A DNA stretch of 64,000 bases from positions 1,664,001 to 1,728,000 of the forward strand of contig CAWGMQ010000006.1 in the NCBI GenBank assembly GCA_963823665.1. The letters run 5' to 3'. This document shows positions 52,191 through 64,000 of the stretch, in pieces; within the stretch, counting starts at the first letter, position 1; the number at the start of each line of letters is the position of its first letter. The notes below the pieces were generated by a model. That model ran no database searches. It was not told the origin of the DNA and saw nothing but the letters and a program-made list of their open reading frames with translations. Made by a program: the position numbers and the translations under genes. This stretch comes from an uncultured Planctomycetota bacterium. Its GTDB lineage: Bacteria; Planctomycetota; Planctomycetia; Isosphaerales; Isosphaeraceae.

Positions 52191-52399
52191 GTGTGGTTCG
52201 CAACGAGGCTGATGGATCGCGCCCTTCCGTTCATTCTTGTCAATCGAGCGTCTGAATCAAAAGAGGTAACCGGGCCGGTGTGTCTCGAGGCCGGGCCTCG
52301 CCCCGGCGCGGACGAAGCACGCCGGCAAACGGCGCGTTCAGCCGTGCGTTGCGCGCATCCCGGCCATCCTAGCAAACGCCGGGCCATTCCGGATTCCGT

Positions 52400-55300
52400 T
52401 CACCAATCGAGCCCCATCTCCCCCAGGCTGCGGCGGAGCTGGTCCAGGTCCCAGACAATCGTGGGAAGCTGATAAGCCGTGGCGGCCAGCAGCCCACCGT
52501 CGCCACTGAAACGCAGGCAGCGAATCTGGCCCGTGCCGCTGCGCAGCCGCACGATCCGGTCGAACGTCGAGCCGTCCCACAAGATGATCGTCCCCTGGTC
52601 GGACCCCGATGCGAGCCAGCGTCCATCGGGGTGAAACGCCACGGCATAGATCGGCGAGTTTTGCCCTATCAGTGATCGGTGTGGCGCAGCGGGGAGCGTG
52701 CCCAGACGGTCAAGGTCCCAGAGCGCGATCGAGCCGTCCTGGGCCGCGGCCGCCAGCCAGCGGCCGTCGGCGCGCACGGCCAGGTCGCGCACCTGTACGC
52801 CGAGCGCATGCAGCAAACCCAGCGGTTGGCCAGTTTCATAGTCCCAGAGGCGAACCTTTCCATCGAGCGAGCCGGATGCCAGCCAGCGCTTGCCCGGCAA
52901 AAATGCAAGGCCCGTCACCTGCGCCTCATGACCTTCAATGTGACGAAGCTGCCGCCTTGTTTCAGGATCCCATATCCTGATGTCGCCGCCATGCGAGTGT
53001 TCCGCGCCGGTGGCCAGAAGCTTCGAGTCGGCGGTCCACGCGGCGCTCCAAGCCTGGCCGCCGTGGCCGGAGAGGACACGCGGGCTGGTGATCGTCCGCG
53101 CGTCAGTCAGCAGGACGGTGCCGTCGTTCGCGCACGCCGCGACCCAGCGCCCGTTCGGACTGGCGGCGATGCCCCGACGAATCCTGTTCTTGACCCTGGC
53201 ACGGCTTCCACAGACGAATTCAGTGACACCGGCTCGGCGCGTGAACCATTGCCACTCGACCCGCCCGCGGTGCTTCGTGCCAGGTCGATCGCGGCGATTG
53301 GGTATCGATTCACCCACCCTGCCCACATGTGAGCCACCAGAAAACTCGACCCATCGGGGCTGAACCGGCCGGCGCGGGTGCCGTGCGGTACGACGGCCAC
53401 GATCGTGCCGGAGCGAAGGTCACACACGGCCGTGCCCTTCGCGCAATCGGTGACGGCGTATCGCCCTTTCGGGTCGATCGTCACGTAATAACATCCGAGG
53501 CCCTCGAGTGTGAAGATCACGGAATCCTTTCCCGACTCGACGTCCCAGACCCTGAGGGTCCCGTCCCCCGCGACAGAGGCGAGGCGCCGCCCGTCAGGAA
53601 GAAACGAAAGTGCCATCACGTGGGCGGAATGCCCGCGGAGAAGCTGCCGGCGCCGCCCCGATCGTGGATCCAAGACGGCAATCGCACCGTCCTCGGCTGA
53701 GAGGGCCAGGCAGTTTTTTCCCCAGGCAACGGCAACGGGCGAGGGCCCGCTCTCGAAGAGCCGCCTGGGTGAACTGGCGCCCGACGCCAGGTCCCAGATC
53801 GCCGCCCCGCGCTCGCCTCCCAGCAGGAGCTCCTTGCCGTCCGCACTCCAAGCAACGGACTTCACCTCGCCCAGTTCCGGCGCGAGCGTTCGAACCGCGG
53901 TTCGCTGCTTCCAGTCCCAGATCTTGACCGTGCCGTCGCGAGACCCGGAGGCCAGCAACTTGCCGTCTGGGCCCAGCGCCAAATCATCGACCCGGTCGCC
54001 GTGCTGCATCGAGCGCTGCCTCGCGCCGCGCCGCGATGTCCCTGATCCGGATCACCCCGTCGTGGCGGCTGAACGCGAGCCCAGCTCCGTTATCAATCAC
54101 TTCTATCGCATTCACGGCGGCTTCAACGCGCAAGCGAGGAGCCGCCCGCATTCCGTTCGAAAAATCGGTCATCGTTGTACCAGACACCAGCCGCCGCGAA
54201 TCACCGACGAATGCAATGCTGTGGCTTCTTTCGGCAATGAAAGCTCGCTCTGTCGGTTCTGCCAACTGCCACACCCGAACCCGTCCATCCCGATGACCGA
54301 CGGCGATGCGTTCTTCGTCCCGGGAGAGGTCCAGCGCCATTGCCGGTCCAAACTCGCCCGAGGCGGTGGCAAGGCTCTTGTAGCCGTTGCCGTTCCCGAG
54401 GTTCGCTCGCTCCCAGAGCCGGACACTCCCGTCGCCTGACGCGGTGAACAGTCGCGACTTCGCATCCACACGCAGCCTGGTAACGGCCTCGGATGCCAGG
54501 TGGCTGTGCCCCCAAACCTTGTGCGCCCGCTCCTGGGTCCACTCAATTCCATAACCTTCCACTGCCCCAAACACGATGCTCGCGCTGAAATCGTCAACGG
54601 GCTCCGGACAGAACGCCAACCCTCGCGGCGTGAACGTACCGGTCAGGGCAACGCGGCGAAGAAGACCACCCGTCGCCACATCCCAGAGACGGACCTGGGT
54701 GTCCGCCGACGCCGAGGCAAAGTGCTTCCCGGAAAACGAAAACGCGAGGTCGCTCACCCGGCCGCCATGTCCGGTCAGAATTCGGCCCTTCTCCGCGGCG
54801 CGCGCCACGGGATCTGCTGCCGCCGCATCGAACGGGACCATGCGAAGGAAGCCCTTATCGCCCCCCGCGGCGAGCCAGGCACCGTCTGGCGAGAAGAGCA
54901 CCGAATGGATCGGCTCTTGATCCTTCACGGCAAAGAGCGGAGGGCCCCCCACCGCGCTGCCACCGATTTTCCAGACCCGGACCGAGCCGTCGGCCGTGGA
55001 GGCAGCCAGCCAGGCCCCGCCGGGATGAAAGGCAACCCCAGTGACATCCTTTTCGGAGCCCTTGAGGACCAGGCGGGGAGTGTCTTCACCAATCGACCAG
55101 ACGCGAATCGTTCCGTCGCGCGACCCGGAAGCCACCGATTGCCCGTCGGGGCTGAACGCTGTACCCAGGACCGCGCCCGTATGGCCGGTCCAGGTCTTTT
55201 CCAGGCGAAAGCACGGAACGTCTGCGCCGAAACTTTCAATGGCCAGCTCCCGCTGCTCCGTGCGGTCCTGAGCAGGACCGGCGAGTTGCGTCGCCTGGCG

Positions 55301-56686
55301 CAGCTTCTCAATCGCCGTGAATCGCCACGAGGTCTCGCGCGTCTGGATCAACCCGCGCGCCTCGCCCAAGAGCGCCCGCACCAGCGTCGCTTCCGCGCGA
55401 TCGCGCTCAGTGCGGAACCGGTCCCGCTCATGCACGACTCGCCAGAAGCCGAGCGACGACACGGCGACGATCACCAGGACCGCGGCGGCGATCGTCGAGG
55501 CCAGGACCGGTTGGCGGCGGCACCAAAGCGCCAGGCGCGTTGCCGAGCCGACCCGGCGGGCGACGACCGGCTTCCCCGCGAGGTAATTGTGGAGGTCTTC
55601 CTCCAGCGCCAGTGCCGACCCGTAGCGCTTCTGCGGCCGCTTGTCCAGACACTTGAGGCACACCGTCTCCAGATCGCGCGGCAGCCGCGGGCGGAGCCGC
55701 GACGGTGCAATCGGCTCCTGGGTGCGCAGCAGGAGCATCGTGTCGAGCGGGCTGGCCGACTGAAACGGCGGTCTGCCGACGAGGAGCGCGTAGAGGATCG
55801 CCCCCAGGCCATAGACGTCGGTGGCCGGACCGATGGCCCCGGTCCGACCATCCGCCTGCTCCGGCGACATGTACGACGGCGTGCCGAGGATCTCGCCTGA
55901 CTGCGTCGCAGCGGTCGCTTCCGCCCCGAGAACATTCATACGCGCAAGGCCGAAGTCGGTCACCTTCGGGATGAAATTCATCCCGTCGCTTCCGGGCGCG
56001 GCTTTGATGTCACCAGGCAGCGGCTCGAGGATGATGTTGCCGGGCTTCAAGTCGCGATGCAGCACCCCGCGCACATGCGCATGCGCGATCGCGCCGGCCA
56101 GTGCGGCCACGATGCGCGCGGCCAGCCGCGGCGGTACAGGCTCTTCGCGCGCCTTGAGCCATTCGGAAAGCGTCATCCCCGGGCAATAGGCCGACGCGAT
56201 GAAGCTGATCGACCCTTCCTCACCCGCGTCGAAAACCGGCACAAGGTTGGGATGATCGAGCACGGCGGCGGCGCGAGCTTCACGCTCGAACCTCGCGCGC
56301 ATCTCGGCCGTGACCATCACCTCCGGTCGTGGCAGCTTGAGCGCGACCTGGCGGCGCAGCCGCGGGTCGTATGCCAGAAAGACCACTCCATAGGCGCCGC
56401 GCCCCAGCTCACTGCGGACCTCGAAGCGGCCAAATCGGGTGATGCCCTCGCCCTGCGGGATGGATGGAGCCGCTGCCGGTGGCGGACCTTCGCCGGGCAA
56501 CGTCCACACCGCTCGGACGAATTCGCACCAGGCCCCATCCTCCTCCAGCTTCCCACGCAAAGCCGGCGGCAGGCTCTCCGAGTCCTGCTCGAGCTTGGTC
56601 GGCAACCGCGCGGCGACGGCGTCATCGTGGTCGGCAAGCCAGGCGATGTACTCGTCTTCCGGAATCAGACCCGCTTCGCCGGTCAT
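52400..56686 (-). CDS. Ser/Thr kinase with WD40 repeats, frameshifts near 54010 and 53270
   Basis: LGRGAYG, HRDLKPGN, DFGLA, GTPSYMSPEQ; many GH..WD/WS repeats. Confidence 0.9.
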
Positions 56687-57297
56687 TGAGAGCTTGCCCA
56701 CTCATCGCGCAAGCTGTCCATCGCCCGCGCCCAGACCTTCCGTGCCGCCTCCGGCGATCGCCCCATCGCCCGCCCGATCTGTTCGAAGGAGAGGTTTGCC
56801 TCGTACCGCAGCCTGACAACCTGGCGATAGTCCTCCGGCAGCTTTTCGAGCGCCGCTTTGAGCGTCTGCGAGTGCTCGCGCGCGACGATCTTGGCGCTGG
56901 GACTGGCCGTCGACGCGGCTACGTCATAATACGGCCCGCCGTTGGCGCTGGTGATCCCGAGCCCGACCTCCCGCGCGACGCACCGCTTGTCCGTTTCGCG
57001 ATAGAACCTGCTGAAGGCCTGGACGTTGTGCATCAGTATCCGGAGCAGCCAGAAGCGAAACTCGCCGCGCGATCCGCCGTGAAACCGCCCGAAGTCACGC
57101 TGGGCCTCGAGAAACGTCTCCTGCACCAGGTCCGATGCCCCGGCCTTGGCGCACAGGTCCGCCCCCAGCTCCTTCTCCGCCACAAGCAGCAGATAACGGC
57201 GGCAAGTCTCCAGCGCGTGCCCAAGCGCCTCGGGCGAGCCGCCGCGAGCTTCACTCAATAACCGGTCGTGCTCGCCAACCTCGCCGGACACGGACAT
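56683..57297 (-). CDS. Planctomycete kinase-associated ECF sigma factor
   Basis: ASDLVQETFLEA, WLLRIL.HN, LPEDYRQVV.LR; ATGA overlap with kinase gene. Confidence 0.9.
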   Translation of the reverse strand: MSVSGEVGEHDRLLSEARGGSPEALGHALETCRRYLLLVAEKELGADLCAKAGASDLVQETFLEAQRDFGRFHGGSRGEFRFWLLRILMHNVQAFSRFYRETDKRCVAREVGLGITSANGGPYYDVAASTASPSAKIVAREHSQTLKAALEKLPEDYRQVVRLRYEANLSFEQIGRAMGRSPEAARKVWARAMDSLRDEWASSQ

Positions 57298-57474
57298 CGA
57301 CCCGCCCCCAGACCCAGAGGCTTTCGTCAGGAAAGACACTCCACCGAGTCGGAGTATAGCCGGGACGCGCCAGCGGATTCAAGCGATTGCTTGGATGGTC
57401 ACACGGGCATGATGCTCAAAGGCCACGCTTGATCGATACGACCTCCTCCCCGAGCGGGCCAAAGAAACCAACGC

Positions 57475-57503
57475 CCTCGTTCCCACGCTCCGCGTGGGAA
57501 CGG
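57475..57503 (+). repeat. REP-like palindrome
   Basis: CCTCGTTCCCACGC-TCC-GCGTGGGAACG. Confidence 0.65.
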
Positions 57504-57872
57504 CCCGCCTGCCGCTCTGCGGCGAGCTCAACGTCAACCGGCGAGATTCCTCCTGGATCAGCCTCCACTCGCGCACGGTCCCGCCGGGTGCGCATACAGA
57601 ATCCTGTCCTACATCCATAGGCTCCAAAAGACGCTCAAACCGGACGCGACCGGAAAATTTTCTGCGAGCGCGTCCGGTTTCCAGATTCTCGGAGCCTATT
57701 AAGAGCCAGGCGATGCGCAGCTCGCGCGCGGCGCCCACAGTCGTAGGGGATTCCTCGTCTTTCACTTGCAAAGGGCGAGCTTGTTCGAGCACGCACTTAG
57801 AGCAGAACCCGACCGAGTAGTCTCAAACTCCGCCCGTCGAATTTCGATGTCGATTCTCAAGGAGCCGCACCG

Positions 57873-60800
57873 ATGTCGCACAGCCTCTCCTGTAAGCTCA
57901 CCGGTCTGTTTGCCGCCACGAAACGAGCACATCACCCCCATCGATCACGTGGCATCGCGCGCACACTGGAATTGCTCGAGCCCCGCACGCTGCTTTCCAG
58001 CCTGTGGTACGTCAACTCGGCGGCCAGCGGCACGCCCGACGGAATGACACCCGACACCGGCTTCCTCACAATCCAGGCAGCGATCGACGTTGCATCTGCG
58101 GGCGACACAATCCTCGTGGAAACAGGCAACGGTTACAACGAATCCGATACGGTCGGTATGGCGGGCCTCATGATCGAAGCCGACTCCGGCCAAAACCCGG
58201 TGCTGGACGGCACCACTCACAGCGCCCAGTCCGCACCCGGCTTCACGGTGACCGCCGGCGCGACCGGCGTGTCGATCGAAGGACTGACGATCCAGAACTT
58301 CTCTAACAGCTCCGCGATCGTCGTCGCAAGCGGCGCTTCACTCACCCTGGACGGCAACACGATACAAGACAACACCAACAGCAGCGGCGCCGGCGGCGGC
58401 ATCGAAAACGATGGCACGCTGACAATCACCGGCGGCACGATTGCGAATAACTTTGCCGGGGGCTGGGGCGGCGGCATCGAAAATGAGGGCGGCGCCACGC
58501 TCACGATGACCGGCGGCACAATCTCCGGCAACGAGTGCGGGCCTGGCGGCGGCGGTATCGAGAACTGGGGCACGCTCTCGATCTCCGGTGGCACGCTCGA
58601 AAACAACTCCGCGTACCACGGTGGCGGGATCAGGAACGACGGCACGGCGACGATCTCGGGCGACGTGACGATCTCGGGCAACAACGGCTACTACTTCGGC
58701 GGCATCGACAATGAGGGCACGTTGACGATGACCGGTGGCACAGTGGATGATAACACGGCCCAGTTTAGGGGCGGTGGCATCGGCAATTTCGGCACTCTCA
58801 ACATCACTGGCGGCTCAATCGAAGATAACACCACGATCCACGCTTCGGGCGGGGGCATCAGCAATGGTGGTGTGCTCACGATCTCCGGAGGCACAATCTC
58901 GGACAACACCGGTGGCGGTGTCCTGAACCTGGCCACGCTGACGATCACCGGCGGCACGATCGACGATAACTCGGGCGGCGGCATCGAGAACCTGGGGGGC
59001 ACCGCGACGATCTCGGCGCGACGATCTCGGGCAACAATGCCGGCAATGGTGGCGGCATCTGGAACTTCGGCACGCTGACGATTTCCGGTGGGACGATCGA
59101 AAATAACTCCGCGTACCACGGTGGCGCGATCGGGAACGTCGGCACGGCGACGATCTCGGGCGACGTGGTGATCTCGGGCAACAACGGCTACTACTTCGGC
59201 GGCATCGACAATGAGGGCACGCTGACGATGACCGGCGGCACAGTGGATGATAACACGGCCCAGCGTAGGGGCGGTGGCATAGGCAATGCCGGCACTCTCA
59301 ATATCTACGGCGGCACAATCGAAGACAACACCACGATCCACGCTTCGGGCGCGGGCATCAGCAATGGTGGTGTGCTCACGATCTCCGGAGGCACAATCTC
59401 GGGCAACACCGGTGGCGGTGTCCTGAACCTGGCCACGCTGACGATCACCGGCGGCACGATCGACGATAACTCGGGCGGCGGCATCGAGAACCTGGGGGGC
59501 ACCGCGACGATCTCGGGCGACACGATCTCGGGCAACAATGCCGGCAATGGTGGCGGCATCTGGAACTCCGGCACGCTGACGATTTCCGGCGGAACGATCG
59601 AGAATAACTCCGCGTACCATGGCGGCGGGATCGGAAACGTCGGCACGGTGACGATCTCGGGCGACGTGACGATCTCGGGCAACAACGGCTACTACTTCGG
59701 CGGCATCGACAATGAGGGCACGCTGACGATGACCGGCGGCACAGTGGAGGATAACACGGCCCAGCGTAGGGGCGGTGGCATAGGCAATGCCGGCACGCTC
59801 AACATCTCTGGCGGCTCAATCGAAAACAACACTGCGACAAACGCCTCCGGCGGCGGCATCGTCAGCTTTGGCGTGCTCATGATCTCCGGCGGCACGATCT
59901 CGGGAAACAACGGCCGCGGCGGAGGCGGCATCGACAACTTCAACACGCTGACAATCACCGGCGGCACGATTGCCAATAACTTTGCCGAGGGCTATGGCGG
60001 CGGCATCGCAAATGAAGGCGGCGCCACGCTCACGATGACCGGCGGCACAATCTCGGGCAACGGGTGCTGGTTTGGCGGCGGTGGTATCGAGAACTGGGGC
60101 ACGCTCTCGGTCTCGGGCGGCGCACTCGAAAATAACTCCGGTTACCTCGGTGGCGAGATCGGGAACGACGGCACGGCAACGATCTCGGGCGAGGTGACGA
60201 TCTCGGGCAACAGCGCTGGCTACGGCGGCGGTGTCGCAAACTCGGGCGGCACGTTGACGATCTCAGGCGGCACATTCGACGACAACACAGCCCAGCATAG
60301 GGGCGGTGGCGTCTTCATCAATTCCGGCACGGTCACGATCTCGGGCGGCGTGATCGAGAACAACACGACCGGGAACGGGGGAGGCGCTGGCGTTGCGAAT
60401 GGTGGCGCTCTGACGATTTCGGGCGGTGAGATCTCGGGCAACACCGCCGGCGGTGGCGGCGCAGTCTTGAATCTTTCCACGCTCACGGTCACCGGCGGCA
60501 CGATCGACGATAATTCCGGCGGCGGCATGATAAACTACGGCACCGCGACCATCTCAGGCGAGACGATCTCGGGCAACAATGCCGCCTATGGTGGCGGCAT
60601 CTGGAACTTCGGCACGCTGACGATTTCCGGCGGTACGATCGAAAACAACACCGCCAACCAGGGCGCCGGCATCCGCAACGATAACACGCTGACGATCACC
60701 GACGGCACGATCGAGAATAACATCGCCGGGGTTACTTCAGGAGGCATCTTCAATAACAGCGGCTCGGTGACCATCGAAGGCGGCACGATCTCCGGCAACA

Positions 60801-63800
60801 CCGCCCCCTACCAAAGCGGCGGCATCGGAAACTCTGGCACGCTCACGATCTCCGGCGGCACAATCGAAGACAACTCGTCATCGGACTTCGCCGGCGGCCT
60901 CGGGAACTTCGGCACGGCGGCAATCTCCGCCGGCACGTTTTCGGGCAACACCGCTGCCTATCAAGGCGGCGCCATTTACAACGGCGGCTCTCTGAGTGTC
61001 ACCGGCGGCACGATCTCCGGCAACACGGCCAGCTACGATGGCGGCGGCATCGCAAACTCTTTCACGCTTGTGATCACCGGCGGCTCGATCCAGAATAACT
61101 CCGCCCGACGCTCCGGCGGCGGCGTCATGAACTTCCGCACCGCGACGATCAGCGGAGATACGATTTCGGGCAACAACGCCACCAATGGCGGCGGAATCAA
61201 CAACGTCGGCACGCTCACGATCTCGAGCGCCACGATCGAAGACAACTCGGCCGATGTCGGCGGCGCTGTATGCAACTCGCGCGGGTCTCTGTCCGTTGGC
61301 CACTCCACCTTCGACGCGAACAAAGCCACCGGATTTGGCGGTGGGATCTTCAACCAGTACGGGCACCTCTCCTTGACCGATTGCGATTTCACTGACAACA
61401 CGGCCGGAACCACCGGCGGCGCCGTATCCAGCGTTCTGGCGCGGGTTCGATCTCCGGCTGCTCATTCACCGGCAATTCTGCCGGGGCGATTGGCGGAGGA
61501 GGTATCTCGGTCTACGGCGGAGCCTTGACGATCTCCAACAGCATGTTCACCGGCAACACCGCGCAAAACTCAGGCGGAGCGCTCCTCAACTGGGATAACG
61601 GGTCGGTGAACATGACGAACTGCACCATCACCGACAATTCGGCCGGCGCAGGCGGCGGCATCGCCAACTGGCAGGGCACCGTCACGATCAGCGGCACGAC
61701 GATTTCGGACAATTCTGCCAGCGGCGGGGGCGGTATCTACAACCAAGCCACCCTCACCGACAATGGCGGCACGCTCAGCAGCAACTCGGCCCCAGCGGGT
61801 GCAGCGATCTTCACGCAGGGCGGATCGCTCACGCTGAACGCTGGGACAATCCAGGCTCCGCCGACCTTTACCGGTAGCAACATCGAGATTCAGGGCGGGG
61901 CCAGCGTCATCATGTCCGGTGTGACCGTCGACAGCGCAGCCACCTCGACCGCCATCGAGGTGAACGCCAGCTCCCTCACGGCAACCGGCATTGGCATCAC
62001 CGGCTACCTGATCGGCATCTCGGTCGTGAACAACGGCAGCGCCACGATCACCGACAGCACACTCTCAAGCGACGCCACCGGTATCCTGGTTGGCTCCGGC
62101 GCGAGCGACACCTGCACCGTGACGGCAACGAACGACAGCTTTGCCAGTGACACCACGGGCGTGCAGAACAACCAAACGGGCGGGCCGTTGAATGCCACCC
62201 TCGACTGGTGGGGAAGCGTCACCGGCCCGGCCAATGCGACCAACCCCGGCGGAACCGGCGCAGCGGCCGCCGGCAACGTCAGCTTCAGCCCCTGGCTCGG
62301 CGACGCTAGCATCGTCGCCCCCGATTACCTTGTCTTCCTTTCCACGACCGGCAATCAGTACGCGGTGACTCCGAACAGCGGCAACAGCAGCTTGCAAGTG
62401 ACCTTGGGCGGCAGTCCGGTTGGGTCCATATCCGGCGGCGACACACTTGGATTCACCGGCAGCGGCGGGACCGTGACGATCAACGGCGAGACCGGCGCCA
62501 GTAGCTTGGATGTCTTCAACATCAACGACACCTCGGTAAAGTTTGCTGCCGCCGACGGCCTCTCGGGCTCAACGATCAGCTTCGTCGGCACCGCCATCAC
62601 CCGCAACGTCGATGCCCAGGGGACCACAAACACGTTCAATATCCTGGGCGCCGGCGCCAGCGGACCCTCCGGAAGCCTGGTGGGCGACGTGGGCACGAAC
62701 GCCTTCGTCTTCAGCGGATCGTCGAAGCTGATCGGCAGCATCCAGGGCGCCGGGTCGAGCACGCTCGACTTCTCGGCGTACGGAAGCGGCGTGACCGTGA
62801 AGCTCGCGAATGGCACGGCCACAGGCGTGAGCGGCACCGTCGCGGGAATCACCGCCGTGATTGGCAGTGCCTTCAACGACACCCTGAAGGCGGGCACGGT
62901 CCCCGGAGTCGCGCTCACGGGTGGGCTTGGCATCAACACATTAAGCGGTACCGGCGCCGGCGACAGCGTGGTGGAATCGATTTCGTCGAATTACACGTTG
63001 GTCAATGGCAGCTTGACCGGCACGGGCTCGGCCAGCTTCACCGACAACCTGACCGGGATCAAGGTCGCCACGCTTTCAGGGGCCAGCGCGACGGGCAACA
63101 CCTTCACGGTCAGCGGCTGGACCGGCAGCGGGTCGCTCACCGCGCCAGCAGGAACCGGCACGGTCGCGGCCAGCAAGAGCAACAACTTCACGCTGAGCAA
63201 CACATCCTTGTCTTCCGGTGACGGCATGTCGCTGACTTTGAGCGGAATCGTGACCGCCAATCTGACAATCGCAGCCACCGGGCACACCTTCACCGAGACC
63301 GGCTGGATTGGAAACGGCTCACTCACCGGCACGTCGTCGACCGTAGCGGCGTCGAACCCGTCCGGCTTCACGATCACCCCGACGTCGCTCACCTCCGGCC
63401 CCATGTCGCTCTCCTTGGCTGGCATCACCACGGCCAACCTCACCGATTCGAGCGGCGGCGGCAACACGTTCGTCATCAACGGATGGACGGGCTCCGGCAA
63501 GCTCAGCGGCACCGGCGAGACGGTCGCCGAGAGCGTTTCGACCGCCGTTACACTCGCCGACAACTCATTGGCGGTCACGGGCATCCCCGCGCTCACGATG
63601 AGCGGTTTCACCGCAGCGAATCTCACCGATACCGCCGGTGGTAACGTCTTCACAGTGAGCGGATGGAAGGGGAGCGGCTCGCTCGACGATACCGGTTCCA
63701 CGCCGGACACCGTGGCTGCAAGCAAGGCCGCCAGCTATACGCTCGCCAGCAACGCGCTCACGTCGACGGACGGTATGACGCTCGGCTTGACCGGATTCGC

Positions 63801-64000
63801 CACCGCCAACCTCACCACGACCGGCGGGGGTCAGACTTTCACCGAGACCGGCTGGACCGGAAGCGGGTCGCTTACAGCGACGTCCGGCACCGTCGCAGCC
63901 TCGAACCCGTCCGGCTTTACGCTTACGCCGACCTCGCTCACAGCCGGTCCAATGGCGCTCTCCCTGAGCGGAATCAACACGGCGAATCTCACGGACTCAA
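57873..64000 (+). CDS. Giant secreted beta-helix adhesin-like protein (GGGI.N repeats), frameshifts near 59017 and 61435, runs off window
   Basis: LELLEPRTLLS signal; TIQAAID; dozens of GGGIxNxGTLTISGGTI units; later Gly/Thr/Ser-rich repeats. Confidence 0.85.
58575..59830 (+). repeat. About 501-bp intragenic tandem repeat (about 2.4 copies)
   Basis: Anchor AACTCC-GCGTAC, with GCGTAC starting at 58611, 59111 and 59612. Confidence 0.85.

Noticed and set aside
58400..60300. DGR template/variable repeat pair
   Set aside because: Repeats are in-frame coding units, differences are not evidently adenine-specific, and no reverse transcriptase is in the window
7650..61440. Many frameshifted genes (sigma near 18580, tnpC, kdpB, kdpD, histidine kinase, NtrC regulator, kinase-WD40, adhesin) as pseudogenes or programmed frameshifts
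   Set aside because: Scattered small indels in otherwise undecayed genes with no shared slippery motif; most simply long-read consensus errors. Needs read polishing to confirm.

Overview
GC-rich bacterial DNA, almost certainly from a planctomycete (inferred from the DUF1559, DUF1592/DUF1552, LEPR-type signal peptide, ECF+Ser/Thr kinase pair and PEP-CTERM content). Many genes carry single-base frameshifts that look like long-read errors. 1-34.3 kb is a periplasmic thiol-redox and metal-stress island. It contains an MsrP-like molybdoenzyme, TlpA, three DUF1223 thioredoxin-fold proteins, MsrA, MsrB, TrxA, DsbD, a Csp copper-storage protein, three ECF/zinc anti-sigma pairs and an intact IS66 with 8-bp TSD. 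It also contains two hidden UxxC selenoprotein genes with SECIS-like hairpins and a DUF692 (MNIO) RiPP cluster with two Tat-exported Cys-rich precursors, DoxX and DUF2063. At 35.7-36.4 kb a mirror-image promoter duplication drives two unannotated 27-aa paralogous peptides (SEHDLFxRLFLTxGGGW), one of them upstream of an orphan 61-aa N-terminal fragment of ribosomal protein L2. The rest is a sigma54-type DUF1559/DUF1592/DUF1552 cluster, a kdpFABC operon with truncated KdpD and an NtrC-type two-component system, an ECF + kinase-WD40 pair, and the start of a giant repetitive beta-helix surface protein. All family calls come from motif recognition, not database searches.
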